Below are positions 50,936 through 63,905 of a DNA stretch of 64,000 nt, in pieces; positions within the stretch are counted from its first letter, which is position 1, and each line of letters begins with the position of its first letter. The notes beneath the pieces are model-generated. The model did no database searches, was not told the origin of the DNA, and was given only the letters and a program-made list of their open reading frames with translations. Origin of the DNA: a virus; the IMG/VR virus record IMGVR_UViG_3300021399_000004, positions 105,339 through 169,338 of that record. One strand, written 5' to 3'. A program made the translations under genes and the position numbers.

Positions 50936-52591
50936 ATGGCTATGAATACATTAATAGGGCAAGAAATTCCCTAGACCGGACCTAAACGAACTTAGGTCTG
51001 GCAAGCGACTCATTATGAGGGAGGCAATCGCCTCCCTCTAATGAACCGCTCTTTTATTAGTTTTAATTATGATAATCATTGGTGTGAAGATATGGGAGTA
51101 ATCGCTACAATAGATGGAGATATGATGTCAAAATCTATTTACGGCAATTTTAATGATGTTGTAAGCGATTTAGAAGGAGTCGATGGCCAATTATATTGGA
51201 GCACGCATTTTACTAATAATACTTTATCTTTTACATTATCTACTGACGCCGTGACTGAGCGCCAATTGGATGAAATTAAAAGGTGGTTAAAACCGGGAAA
51301 GATTGCCCCTTTAGTACTTGCAGAGAATCCTAATCGAGAAATTTTAGCTCGTATTAGTGATAATCCTCCTGAATATAATATGTTGCCTTTTGAACAAAAA
51401 GAAAAAATTAAGCTTGGCGGATATGAATATACAACAAGCACAACGGTATATCGGGGAAGCTTTTCGGTGACTTTTATAATGGATGAACCGTTCTGGCATG
51501 CTAAAAAAAATATTCTAGATATGGATAAGATTTTATATTGGAATAACGCTAATGATAATAGAAGTGAAATTATTAAAGATAAGGATGCATTAAAAATTAT
51601 TTTAGAAGATGGTATCCCATTTGGCTCTGTTATGTTAGAGAATGAAAATATGTTATATGGCGTTCCAAAGAAATATAAAGAAGCATCGAATGATCCGGGC
51701 ACTCTTCCAATTGTCGGAAAAGCAAAGGTCGGCTTAGCGAAGTTAGGCAGCTGGTTCCATTCCTATGACAATATAGAAAATTTCAAATTTTTAGGCGGGG
51801 AAAGCCAAGCTCAATATTTTTATTATCCTGGAACTGCGCCTTCCGCGCCGACTCTTAAATTTAAACTAACTCCAGTTTTTGATTTAAATGGTTATATTAC
51901 AATGCCAAATAATTCTTATTCTAGCCTTAATAATAAAGGATATAATACAATCACAATTGAAGGGTATAATAAAAAAGAATTGCATTTAACAACGCCGACA
52001 GTTTATACTGCTTATAATTAGGCTATTGCTATTGTGAAGTAGGCTGTTGAAGGGCAAAGTAATATTAATAATAAAATTAAAATTGATGCTGGCGAATTAC
52101 GTTAGCTATTAAGAGATGGCGTTAATCATTGGGCTGTACGAAGTTATGCAATTGCAACTTTTGATAGAATAAAAAGTACGGCTCAAGAGGGTGAAGATTG
52201 GTTATCTTCATTAATCGGAGAAATGAAGGGATTCTTTACAGATGACTCAAATGAATTGACTTCTGCATCTTTTGTCATTAATTGTGAGACTGGAGAAGCT
52301 CTTGGCACTTTTAAATATCGAGTATATAATGCGGCTTCTACTAAGAGTAATAAATTTGAGATTACAGAGCATACCGAGCAAGTTGGAGATATGATCTTAT
52401 CTAATAATTTTATTATTGAGGAACGTAATTACTTCTCAGAAGATGGCTTTATTCGCGCGTGGAGTAATGAGCATAAAAATTACAGCCATCGTATTTATCA
52501 TGATTTTGGAGTTATGTCTAATGGAGAATTAGTAGAATCAGAAATGGGGCTGCAAGATTTCTTAATTGAGTATAGATATTATTACTATTAA
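50936..52591 (+). CDS. Distal tail protein (Dit-like), 551 aa
   Basis: ATG at 50936, 7 nt after AAAGGAGG. Frame 2 continues through TAG at 50972, 50993, 52019, 52040 and 52103 to TAA at 52589. SFISFNYDN...DMGVIA is a Dit-type N-terminus. Lies directly after the TMP. Confidence 0.6.
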
Positions 52592-52610
52592 GAAAAAGGA
52601 GATGAAAGGA

Positions 52611-55600
52611 ATGAATATAGAGGAAAGAAAATATGAATTGTCTGTATGGACAATTTAGGATGAATACATTGTTACTTTGACTAAAGGGGCTGGTCAGGTA
52701 CAAAAGGCAGAATTTAAGAATAATGTTGATGGTACTATGAGCCTTAATTTTGAGATTCCTATGTATATTAGGAGAAATGGAGAACGAATTGAAAACCCCA
52801 TTTGGTGCAATACAATTAATGGTGTAATAATGGCAGACCTCAAAAAGATTAAATTAATTTTTAATAAACATACTGACGATGAAGCAATCTATGAATTTAT
52901 TATTACAAAAGTAACTGAATCACATGAAAAGGATATTTTAACCTGCAAAGTTGAATGTGAAGGATTAGCTTTCCATGAGTTAGGTAAGCGAGGATATAAA
53001 ATTTCTTTAACAACAGATGATTATATTAATGATGTAAATGATTGGTTTCATAATGTACCAAAAGAAGAATAGACAATTTTATTAGCCAATCCTGACGCCG
53101 ATTCTGTTACATTAACTTTTTCTTCTTTAGTTGCTAGTAAAAGATATTATAGCGTTGGGCAGTCTCCTACAACTGGGTAGGTTATTGATCCAGAACCAGT
53201 AGATGGTGAAACTTATCATCGTATTATAAAATTAACTGATTTGAAACCGGGCACTCAAATTAATATTAACAGTGAAGATGGCACACTTGCTCGGCCATGG
53301 ATTTTAATAGATCAAACTGATAATAGCATGATTACTTGCGCGCAAAGCAAACGCGCATATAATGAGACAATAGTAGTTCCTAGTGAATATGTTGTTAATA
53401 ATATTAAGAAAATAATTACAAAAGCAATTTTAATTGTTTAGTTTAGAGAAAATGTTGGCGGCATGACAATAAATGATGCTTTTGTTACAAAAATGATTAA
53501 TCAGAGCTATGGGCCACTTCCGCAGGCAAATATTGAATACTGGTTAAATAAATTTTTATCTCCATATCCAAGTTATGGTGTTAATTTATTATAGCCTAAT
53601 GTATCTTATGATAACATAACGGCTGGGATGAGTGTGCCAATCAATCCAAGAAAATGGTACTATACAATAAGAATGAATTGGGGCGGATTTTCAGAATATA
53701 CTGTTAGATAGCCTAATAAAATTTATGAAGAAGAATATGTTGGCTCATGGGAATACGACAGTGAGAATGAAGCAATTTATGCTAATGCAATGGTCGATAA
53801 GCAAGAAAAATATCGTTTAGTTGATCTACAAGAAAGCAATATTTATAACCTAACGCAAGACCTTGCAAAAACTTTTGGCGTGTTTTGCCGCTATGAATAT
53901 TTATATGATTAGCAATATCATATTATTGGGCGCTTAATTGTATTTTATAATAGTTTTTTTGAAGAACAGAATGGTTATTTAGATATAACTTATCCATATT
54001 CTACAGATACAATTACTCGTGAAATGGACGGCAGCGAAATAACTACTAAATTATTTGTAAAGCCAGTAAGTTTAGAAGAAAATGAAGAAGTAGATATAAT
54101 GAATTTAGATACTAATAAAACTTTAGAAGATTATATTCTTAACTTTAATTATTTAAAAACAATTGATTCGCTTACGGAAGAATAGAGACAAGGCATAGAT
54201 AATTTTGAAGTTTAGATGAGACAATTGAATAAAGAAATTATTAAATATAGTGAAATGGAAATTAGCTTTAATGAGCCATTGGTTGATCTTGAAGCAAAAC
54301 GAACAATAATTGAAAATTCTATCAATGAGAATACAAAAGCATTAGAAGAAATAGCACGTTCGCGCGCGGCATTAACATAGACAGGATACTTAACTGTTGG
54401 TTATGGTTTTGTCCTTTCTGAAGAAGATGACCCCCATTTTGCAGAACGCGGTAAATCTAACAAAATGCCTGAATTAACAATTATTACTGCAATGGAAGGG
54501 CAAGCAGAATTTGATGATTCGGCCTTTTAGGATGATGCAGTTGTTAGGTTTTCTTCGTCCTCAGTTACTGGGAAAAAAGAATATTATTCAGTTGGCGAAA
54601 GCCCAGTGGCTGGTCAAGAGATTACTAATGTTACACAAGATGCAGATCATACTCATTATATTATTAAGATGACTAAACTAAAGCCTGGTGAATAGGTTAT
54701 AGTAAATAGCCAAGAGGCTGGAACTGCTCGGCCATGGATTTTATTAGATTAGAGTAATAAATTAATAGCGTGTTCATAGGGTCTTGTATCTAATTATGAA
54801 GTTATTACAGTGCCAGATAAATATGTTGTAAACTCTACTACAAATTCTATAACAGGAGCAACTTTAATTATTCAGTATTAGGAGATAGAAAATGGTATCC
54901 CTAAAGATTCTGCTGAAATAATAAAAAAGGTCAACGTTGCAGTATATCCTTATAGATGGGAACTTAAGTTAAAAAATAAAGGAATACTATCTGATGTAAG
55001 CGTTTCGACATTATAGAGTTTAAATAATACAATGTTTAGCAATGAAGCTCTGAGCATAAAGCCAGTTGTTAAATTAGGGGTATATTATAACTATGATTCT
55101 AGAACAAAATTATTGGAAGATGAAATATAGAATTTTTAGATTGAATATGACGATTATGGGAATCCAATTCGTTTATATAATATAATTTTACCATATTCAC
55201 ATGCTGTATTGGATGCAAATGGAAATAATGTTTTAGATTCTGACGGAAATCCAGTATATGAGCCGCTAGATTTACATAAAAAAGTTTATCTTACATATAC
55301 TTATTGCCCTTCTCTTTACTTCGAGAAAGCTCGTATTATGCTAGAAAACAAGCAAGCAAAAGATATTAATGAGTTATCCGTTACTGAAGCTACTTTATCT
55401 AAACTAAAAAGTATAATTGATACCGTAGTAAAATATAAGGAAAATAGATTATCTCAGAAAGAAAGTTTGCTTGAAGATTTTGAGCATTTAATGGGGCCGG
55501 CGTTAAGAGAAGGATATTGGATGCCAGAAGATTATAAAGATTATGGTGACAGATATAATACAATCATGCCTATTAGTACTTATTATTATGATAATTGGGT

Positions 55601-58600
55601 ATATAATAATCAAGGTGAGCCAGAACGAATAACTGATATAAATGGTTTCCCGTTATAGGCATCTACTCCATATTTAAGTTTTATTTGGGATGAGCGGCCT
55701 TATGATCAAGAACAACTATCATATTATGAGGTTGGCGTACAATAGGATATTGAGTATTATCCATGTTATAATTTAAATCATCTGAATACTAAAATATATG
55801 ATTTTTGCAAAGAGCATGTCAAAGATTTAACTTTTAGTTTTAATACTCCTGGCGCAGATCAAACTGGTCAGGGCGCGCAAAGAACAAGTTTTAATATAGG
55901 CTCTTAGCTTGAATTTGGTTTTGTAAAAGCAACTTATCTAAATGAAGGATTTAGCTTTAAAATAGATAGCAATGGGTATGTCTTTAAAAATGGACATCCA
56001 GTTGTTTTAAATAGCTCAGGCAAAGAAGCATCTATGGGATATGATAGTGAAGGGAATCCTACTAAAAATATTAATTATGAGGCGGCGCCGTGCCTAATTT
56101 TAACAGGCGCAAAGGACGTCCTGCCGCCAGAAAAGAAATTCATTGATTATTTATAGATGCAAAAAGCATTGCCTGTATTAACAAGTACAAGTTTTTATAT
56201 GAAATGGCTTGAAGCTGTGCGCGCAGATCCTGTCAATGGCGTGCCACAAAATGAGAAAGATGATAACGGAAATGTCTATAAGACATATTACCTAGCATAT
56301 ACAAATAAAACGAATGTTAATGATACAGAAAGTGTAGATGTTAGTACATTAGCAAACGGTAGCGAGTATTATAGAGTTGCTACTGAAATTCATAGTGTAA
56401 CTACTACAAATGCAGGGCAAGTAGATAAAATTGAACTATTCTTTTTGAATAAAATGATCCATAAGTTCAAAAAGGTTAGCAATGATAGGATCGATTTTGT
56501 TTCGCGCGATGATGACGACAATTTAGAGACTTATGCGCCATATAAAGGATACATGTATCCAGATATTCTATTTAATAAAAAGCCGATGCTGGTTTATCCG
56601 CGCTTTAAAATTGATTCACTAAAATTAAAGAATACAGAAGATTGGCTACGCTTATCAATAGATGGAGTAGTACGAGAAACTGAAGATCATTAGTTCGTTC
56701 ATTAGTTAGCGAATTTCAGTGATTATACTGTCTTTACTCGTGGAGGACTAAAAGGAACAGTTGAGGATTTTGAAGATATAACCATTAATGAAAATACAAC
56801 AATGGATGATATTGATGATTGGTATGAAAAAACAGCATACTATATTACTTTAAAGCCCTCTGTTATTTTTGAAGCTGGCATTTAGCATGATGATAGTAGT
56901 GATCCTTAGATCCCAACAACCTTAAAACCAGTAGCCATTTCTTATGTTTTATCTAATGCTGATTTACATATTTATTTGGATGGGTTACAGGTCTCGAAAG
57001 AGAACGCTTTCCCAAAGGTTTCATATACAGTGACTCCGCGTTTTATTGATAAAACTGTGGCAATTAAGTCTTATCAGTGGCTAAATCGTATTGTACATAT
57101 TAATGATAATGATTTAAAATTTAAAAATGTTTTAGGTTATATATCTGAAATTACTTTAAACTTAAATAATCCGTCAGAGGATAGCTTTGAAGTTAAAAAT
57201 TATAAAACCAAATTTGAAGATTTATTCTCTACTATTATAGCATAGTCATAGGAAATGAAGAAGCGCGAGCATTCTTTTGAAACTGCCGCTTCTGCCTTTG
57301 CGGGAGATGGCACTTTAAATCCTGATTCTATGGGCAGCCTTAATGGAATTAATATAAGCTATAATGGAGGTCGATTAAGTTTAACTGAAAGAAATGGATT
57401 AATGGGAGAGAGCGATGCTGGCGCGGTAAGTTTTTAGTATAATGGAATTTTTATTGCAGATACTAAAAATAATGATGGCTGGGATTGGAGATAGGCAATA
57501 GGGCCAAAAGGAATTAGCGCCGAATAGATTACTCGCGGCCAGTTAGATTTATCAAAATTATCTATTTATTCTGGCGATAATATTTATATGCAAATGAATA
57601 ATGACGGTTTGTTTGCCTATAAAAATTATATGATTGACTCAAATAGATTAAATGGTGATAACATTGCGGCTAATTTTTCTAGATATACTACAACGCCTGA
57701 ATCTACATATGTTACTTTAGATGAACTAATCCGAAGCAATAATACAGAATCTTTATATAAGCAGTATGTACATTTTAGCGAGAATGGATTATTCTTAACT
57801 GCAGAAGAAGGCGCCATGATATTAAAAAGTAAGACTTAGGATGGCTCTCGACAAGAGAAAATTAGTTTTAAGTCTGAAGGAGAAAATATAGTTACTTCTA
57901 AAAAGTATTATGATTTGGGGTCGGCCGCGGTAGTAGGCGGTAGTCTGGGAGAGCAATAGACCGGTACTAAAAATCATACGATTATTACTGTTAGTGGATT
58001 AAAGCCAGGGCAGTAGATTGTTGTTAAGTCATATGATGGACCTAATGCAAGGCCATGGGTTCTAGTTGATCAAAATTAGAACATTATTTAGAAGTGTGCA
58101 AGCAGGAAAACTCCAGAGAACGGCGAATATATAGTGGTTCCTGAAACAGTAACAACTGCTACATTGATTGGACAATATTGCGACTATACCAGTACTGGTG
58201 GATACTCAATTGAAGACTGCTATATTTAGTTAGCGAGTGGAAATGAATATAAGTATGAAAGGTAGAATAAAGATGTTAACCGAGTAGAAATTAGTTGGGA
58301 TGGTTTGGTTTTAAGAAATTGGGCTGGAGAAACAACCTTTTATGCTAGTCCTGATACAGGTAATTTGTATATTTCTGGTACTTTAAATGGAAATACATTA
58401 CGCATTGCTGATGAAGCGGATTGGGAGTTAGGTAATGAAGGTAGGACTTTAGACGCTTATTTAGGGGCGAATTTTCCAACAAAAGATGAAGTAGAGCATA
58501 CATTAGGCGAGTTAAAACATGATACTGATTAGGCTCTTACTAATTTAAATACTACTATAACTAAGTTAGAAACTACTCTAAAAGAAGATAATGCTACTTT

Positions 58601-61600
58601 AAATACTAAGATAGAAGAAATTAATACCACTTATGGACGAAGTTCTTATCGTGGGCCATTACATCCTACTAATTTTAAAATTGGAGATATTTGGATTAAG
58701 ACAGAAATATTAGAAGATGACACTAATCCTTATAACTTAAAAGAAGAACCGGAAAATAGTGGTATTTATATTATTAATCCTAATGCAGAAAATAATTACG
58801 CTAACGCAAAAATTTTAGGGCAGTATACTGCGGTAAAAACATTTAATAAGACTACAGATAATTATCCTACAGGCATTTCAAGTGATACTGATTGGATAAG
58901 CAATGATAGCGGTGCATATTGGGTTGAAACATATGACGCCACTTTAACTAATATTACTGGAGCTGCAATTAATATCGACCAAGAAAATCAAACAATAGAT
59001 GTGCAAGCAAAAACAAAAATTTCTTTATTATCCCCAGGAGATATTAAAATAGTTGGTAATAATGTTAAGATCATTGGCAGTGATGTTAAGGATAGCAATA
59101 ATCCGGGTACTGTAACGATTGGTGGAACAAATATTAACCTTGCGGCTACTAGTGAATTAAATATTTTAAGTAACAGTGTGGATGCTATTAATAATATTTC
59201 TTTAAATTATGAGGGTATTAAATTATATTCAGATGTTGGTATTGATTTTACCGCATCTAGTGTAAAATATTGGTTTAAAGACATAACAGGCGAAAAGGCA
59301 TATTATAGCATTCCTACCACCCCTGGAGAATCTATTACTTATAATACTAATGCAACATATGAGCATCGTATTATTGTTATTGAAAATGTAACGCCTGGAT
59401 AGAAATTTATTATTAATGCAGCAGATGGCGATACCGCGCGGCCATGGGCACTCGTAGATACTAGTGGGAATGGTTTAAAAGTTATTGTCGCGGCCGCCAA
59501 TAAAAAAGCGAATGCTGTTGTTGTAGAGGTGCCTAGTAGTTATACAGCAGATGGAACGACGGTACAAGTAACTAGCGCGACACTCATCGTTTAGCATCGT
59601 ACTACCTCGACAGATATTTTATTGAATAAGGCATATGTAATAGATAATAATAATTTGAATACTATATCTCTTGGTAAAAATGGTTTATGGATGGGTAGCA
59701 GCAAAGAAATTAACTTGTTTTCTAATCGCCTGGGAGAGACCTCTGGAGGAGCAACCGTTTCTATTAATAGTGACCGTATATTATTGGGATTAGCTAATTC
59801 TAATAATGCTAGCACGATTAAACTAACACCAGAAGAAATTTTATTAGGCACTGGTTCTGTATCATTAATTGAAACAACTACTGGCACTGGAGTAGATATT
59901 AAAAATAATTCAATTATTTTAGCCACTGAATCCGAAAAAGAGAATGAAACTATTCGTAGCGGTATTATATTGGATAACAAAGGCTTTGCAACTTTTAGTG
60001 CAAAGAAAAATACATTATAGGGAAATGATTCTAATGTATTTTCTGATGGAAGTTATGTGAAAGTATATCATAATACATTTGAGATTGGTAGCTTAGCTAA
60101 TATTAATATTAATAGTAATAATTTTAAATTATACACAAATACTGATTCTACTAATCCTGTTACTAGGTTTGCGTTAGGGGTTGGATTAAATAATATTAAT
60201 GGGCTAGATTAGATAAGTGATGAGGCTGCTCGTTATACAGCATATATTGACGCAATGAATAGTGGCAGCAAAGTCGGTCTTGTTTTTAATGGTTCTACGT
60301 TATCAATTTGCGGCAACATTTACGCTCAAAGTGGTTATTTCAGTGGCCATGTGGAAGCTAGTAGCGGAACGTTCCATGGAGCAATTATTTCTACTAAAGG
60401 ATATTATCCTGATAAGGTTAATGATCCTACTAAATATTATTAGCCTTTCTTTAAAGCAGACTCAAATGATTTAGGTATGTACATAAATAGCGCAGATCAT
60501 TCTGAAGCATTAGATACGAATGTAAGAGATAAGTCACAAACTTGCAAAATTGAAATAAATAATTCTTCAGTAACAGCGAATCAATATGCTACTGAGAAAT
60601 TATTATGGTTTGAAAATGGTGAATTGCATGTTAAGGGAAGTATTACAGCTACTAGTTTTACTTTAAATGATAATACTTTATCACAAATTATTAACCCTGA
60701 AGAATATTAGTACTCATATTATGCATAGGAATAGCCTATTACATCTATTGGACAAAATTGGAGATGGTCTTCAACTATTGCAGAAGCTGAAGAATCTATA
60801 TCCAGGCCGTATTATCTCTGTACAAAACAAATTGGTTATAAAAATAATGGGGCCACAGAATTATTAACGACTTATGCTATTACATATGTTCCTGCTGCTG
60901 GATAGCAAGGTCCTCGTGGTGCTGATGGACAAGATGGCGCCGATGGACAAGATGGGCAAGATGGACAAGATGGCGTGTATGTTACTTCTATTACACCTTT
61001 ATATTTTTTAAAAATTGACAATAAAACAATATCGCCAAACCCTCCTGCAAGCTCTACCCCATCCGCTTATAATTAGGCAGCTACAGTGATTACTGACAGT
61101 AGGAATGCGCCTGGTATATGGGTAACTATTGTCCCAGATATTTATTATACTGTTCAGCAAGAGGGTGAAGACCCTTAGACGGCTATATATGATGGTAACT
61201 ATTATCGTTGTGAATAGTATGTCTGGTCTGATGATGTCTCAAGCGATCAAACACAACGACATATTACTTATTCGCAAGTATATATAGACTATGGGCTAAC
61301 CACTGCTGTATATACAGCTACCAGCGCTTCTGAATAGGCTACCTAGGCAAGTAATATTACTGAAGCTTTTACTAGCAATGGGTTACATTCTAATCTTAGC
61401 TGGGGAGGTCATAATTGGGGTGTTGCATTAACGTCTGCTACAAATTTATTGATTGGCGCAAATGGTATCGCAGACCCTAGTGGTTCTAGTAATGCTTAGC
61501 CAGGCGATTGGGGTATTTGGATAGCAAAGAGTGCGGCTTATAGTGATGGCGCTGCCATGGTATTAAATAGTAGCGGCATCGCATTAAATGCAGCTAATAT

Positions 61601-62744
61601 TATTTTAACAGCAACGGACAACAATGTTTCTACGCAAGTACTTGCTCTCAATAGTACCGGCTAGAATAAAGGCATTGTTTTAGGTAGTAGTGGTAATATT
61701 TCAATGTCCGGAGGAAGTATTTCTATGACTGGAGGGAACATTACTGCTACTGGTGGGAATCTTAGTCTTTATACTCAAGCTAGAGATGGTGATAGTAATC
61801 CAAAAGGAGCTTTTACATTAAGAACTTCCTGGGAAGAAAATGGTACTGATGTTGAAGGCGTAAGATTTGATATGACTAATACTAGTTCTTATATTACATT
61901 AACTGACAAAGGCTTAAATATAGCTAGTAAAGAGGATACTAATTATTATGCACATTTAGGGAGTTCTGATATTACATTCCACGCAGGAAATAATAATTCT
62001 ATTGTATTAAATGATAGTGGAATCTCATTAACTGGAGCAGATATTAATTTTAATGTAAGTTCGAGCGGTATTGCTCTTAATGGGGCAAATATTTGGGTTA
62101 ATGGGAAAAAAGTATGGAATGCTAGTACAATTAGGATTTTACGCCAAGGACAAACTAAGGAAGCCTTAGTAGCAGAAGTATATGATGATGATGATGTAGA
62201 TGACTGGGTTTTAATTACACCAAATTATGCCACTACCCTCTTATATAATTTTACGCCCAATAATCCTGGAGGGATAATGGAGGTTAATGGAACTAAAAGT
62301 GGTACTTGGACTAGTGCTTCCAATGCAGTTATTGCAGATACAAGTACTCCATTTAAATATACAATCTCTTTTAATTATAAAGTAACCTATAAGACGAGAG
62401 CTGGAGGAAATTATATCAAAATAGCTATTTCTTCTTCTAATGGTTCAAGCTCTCGAACACTTACACTGGGTGATTCGAATGAAATTTTATTAGGTGATTT
62501 TTCTAGTCCAACAAGTTTTTCATATACTTATGTCACTAGTAATGCTTTAGAAAATTTATTGGCTCAAGGGTATTCTTTAGGTGATATTACCTTAACTAAC
62601 CGAACAGGTACGGCAACATATAATATCACAGATTTTTCTTTGGCTATAGAGTCTAGTTTTAATTCTTCGTCTATGACCGCAGATTGCGCTGTTACTTATT
62701 ACACTCCAGGATGGAAAAAATTATATACCACTTCTTAGACATAA
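52611..62744 (+). CDS. Tail-associated protein (Tal-like N-terminus) fused to a fibre-like region, 3,377 aa
   Basis: ATG at 52611. All 12 frame-3 track ORFs from 52677 to 62738 belong to it, and I read every gap and found TAG only. It ends TAG-ACA-TAA at 62736-62744. The N-terminus (YELSVW..LNFEIP..NPIW..FIITKV) resembles siphophage Tal / minor structural protein. Contains four repeated modules and a collagen-like run. Confidence 0.75.
53121..53441 (+). repeat. Tail-protein repeat module R1 (about 107 aa)
   Basis: K.YYSVG..G....H.I..L.LKPG.QI...D...ARPWILIDQ...V.P..YV....ILIVQ. Alignable with R2-R4. Confidence 0.8.
54552..54875 (+). repeat. Tail-protein repeat module R2
   Basis: KEYYSVGESPVAGQEI...HYIIKMTKLKPGE[TAG]VIV..AGTARPWILLD[TAG]...TLIIQ. 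Confidence 0.8.
57873..58175 (+). repeat. Tail-protein repeat module R3
   Basis: KKYYDLGS...HTIITVSGLKPGQ[TAG]IVV..GPNARPWVLVDQN...TLIGQ. Confidence 0.75.
59262..59594 (+). repeat. Tail-protein repeat module R4
   Basis: KAYYSIPT...HRIIVIENVTPG[TAG]KFII..GDTARPWALVD...TLIV[TAG]. Confidence 0.75.
60900..60978 (+). repeat. Collagen-like G-X-Y run (9 triplets) inside the tail protein
   Basis: G[TAG]Q GPR GAD GQD GAD GQD GQD GQD GVY. Confidence 0.8.
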
Positions 62745-62783
62745 AAAATAGGGCCGACTCTTTTGAGTCGGCCCTTTATTTTT
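62745..62783. terminator. Bidirectional intrinsic terminator between convergent genes
   Basis: AAAAAATA-GGGCCGACTC-tttt-GAGTCGGCCC-TTTATTTTT. Confidence 0.8.
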
Positions 62784-63165
62784 ATGCCTTTAAATAAGGC
62801 ATTAGCGCAGTTAGCTCGTCAGGAGTAAAATCTATATTCCCTATATCGTCCATACTAACTGGTTCTACGTTTAAATTAATTTTATCTGTAATTAATGTAG
62901 TAATCTCTTGTTCAAATTGACGCTGCTTTTCAGGCTCAAATTGAATGTGTCCTTGCTCATTTTGAACAATATTACCATCATCGTCATACTTGCAATACTT
63001 ACGAATTAATTCATTCCTCTAAGAATCGAATAGTTCGCATTCATTTTTTACTTCTCTATTGATTCGAGCAATTTGAAACGCCACCTTGGCGGGGAAGCTT
63101 TTAGAAGAAACATTCTTTAAAGCATCAACGCTGCCAAGCATTTCATTAATACTAATTTCAATCAT
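62782..63165 (-). CDS. Hypothetical protein (127 aa)
   Basis: ATG at 63165 overlaps the TGA of the upstream gene (ATGA). One in-frame TAG (plus-strand cta at 63019-63021). TAA at 62782. Confidence 0.55.
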
Positions 63166-63905
63166 TCTATATCTTCTCCCCATGTTGATTTATTATTTCT
63201 TAATAAATGTACAAAATATTTTCCAATACAAATTGCATCCGCTTCATCTTGCGTGCAATCCTATTTATACCAAACTTTTACTTGTGCCTGCGCCAATTTC
63301 TTTTTGTTTTCGCGGCCGGCGCCAGTTCCTACATCGCAGTATTTTCGCCAAGCAGTTGAATAAACTAAATCATGCTTAATTCCTGCTTCATATATAGCAT
63401 CGAGTAGAACGCCTTGTAAATTAGCCAATGTTCTATAAGTCTCAACTTGATAATTATTATGGCCAAAACTTTGTAACTGAATATTTTCTATTCCTATGAA
63501 GTCTGGTTGGCTTTCTTGTATCATTGCAATGAGCCATTTCTTCACTTGATTAATTCTTACCTCAGATGGCAACTCTTTATCTTCTTTATGAGTACCATAA
63601 TTAATTAGTTCGCCATTATCAAAGATTGAGTATCCTGTGATACCAGTAGCAGCATCTAAAGCAAGGATTCTTTCTACTCCTTCTTGTTTTACTGGTATCT
63701 TATTCTTTTTTATTTTATAAGGATCTCCTGCCATACATATCTAGCAAATAGGATGTTTACGCCATTGGTCATATGTCTGTACTTGATAATGCCCTTTCGG
63801 GCACTCCATCTCTAATTCTGTTTTTAAATTTTTATATTCAGTACTAATCAATCTCCATCCTTCTTGATCAAGATGATTAGCTACTGAATATATATTAATT
63901 GGCAT
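63162..63905 (-). CDS. RuvC-like Holliday junction resolvase with N-terminal zinc-ribbon extension
   Basis: ILALDAATGITGY, FIGIENIQ and DEADAICIG are RuvC-type motifs. The track ORF 63261..63734 is only the middle part. In-frame TAGs at 63741-63743 and 63261-63263 join CPKGH..CQIC upstream and DEADAICIG downstream. TGA at 63162. Confidence 0.75.

Noticed and set aside
34284-59980. Antisense ORFs inside the giant genes (34284..34553, 41127..41411, 47862..48215, 51139..51702, 59591..59980, and others).
   Set aside because: They lie opposite verified long sense frames. They lack SDs and give low-complexity Ser/Leu/Ile-rich translations.
19795-62744. Right-arm genes read as pseudogenes or a degraded prophage because of the many short ORFs.
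   Set aside because: All interruptions are TAG. Frames are maintained over 16.8 and 10.1 kb with no TAA or TGA, and conserved motifs continue across the TAGs.
19795-63905. TAG considered as pyrrolysine or as programmed read-through at a few sites.
   Set aside because: There are hundreds of TAGs spread across every kind of protein. Paralog alignment pairs TAG with CAA/CAG. No pyl-type genes were recognised in the window.
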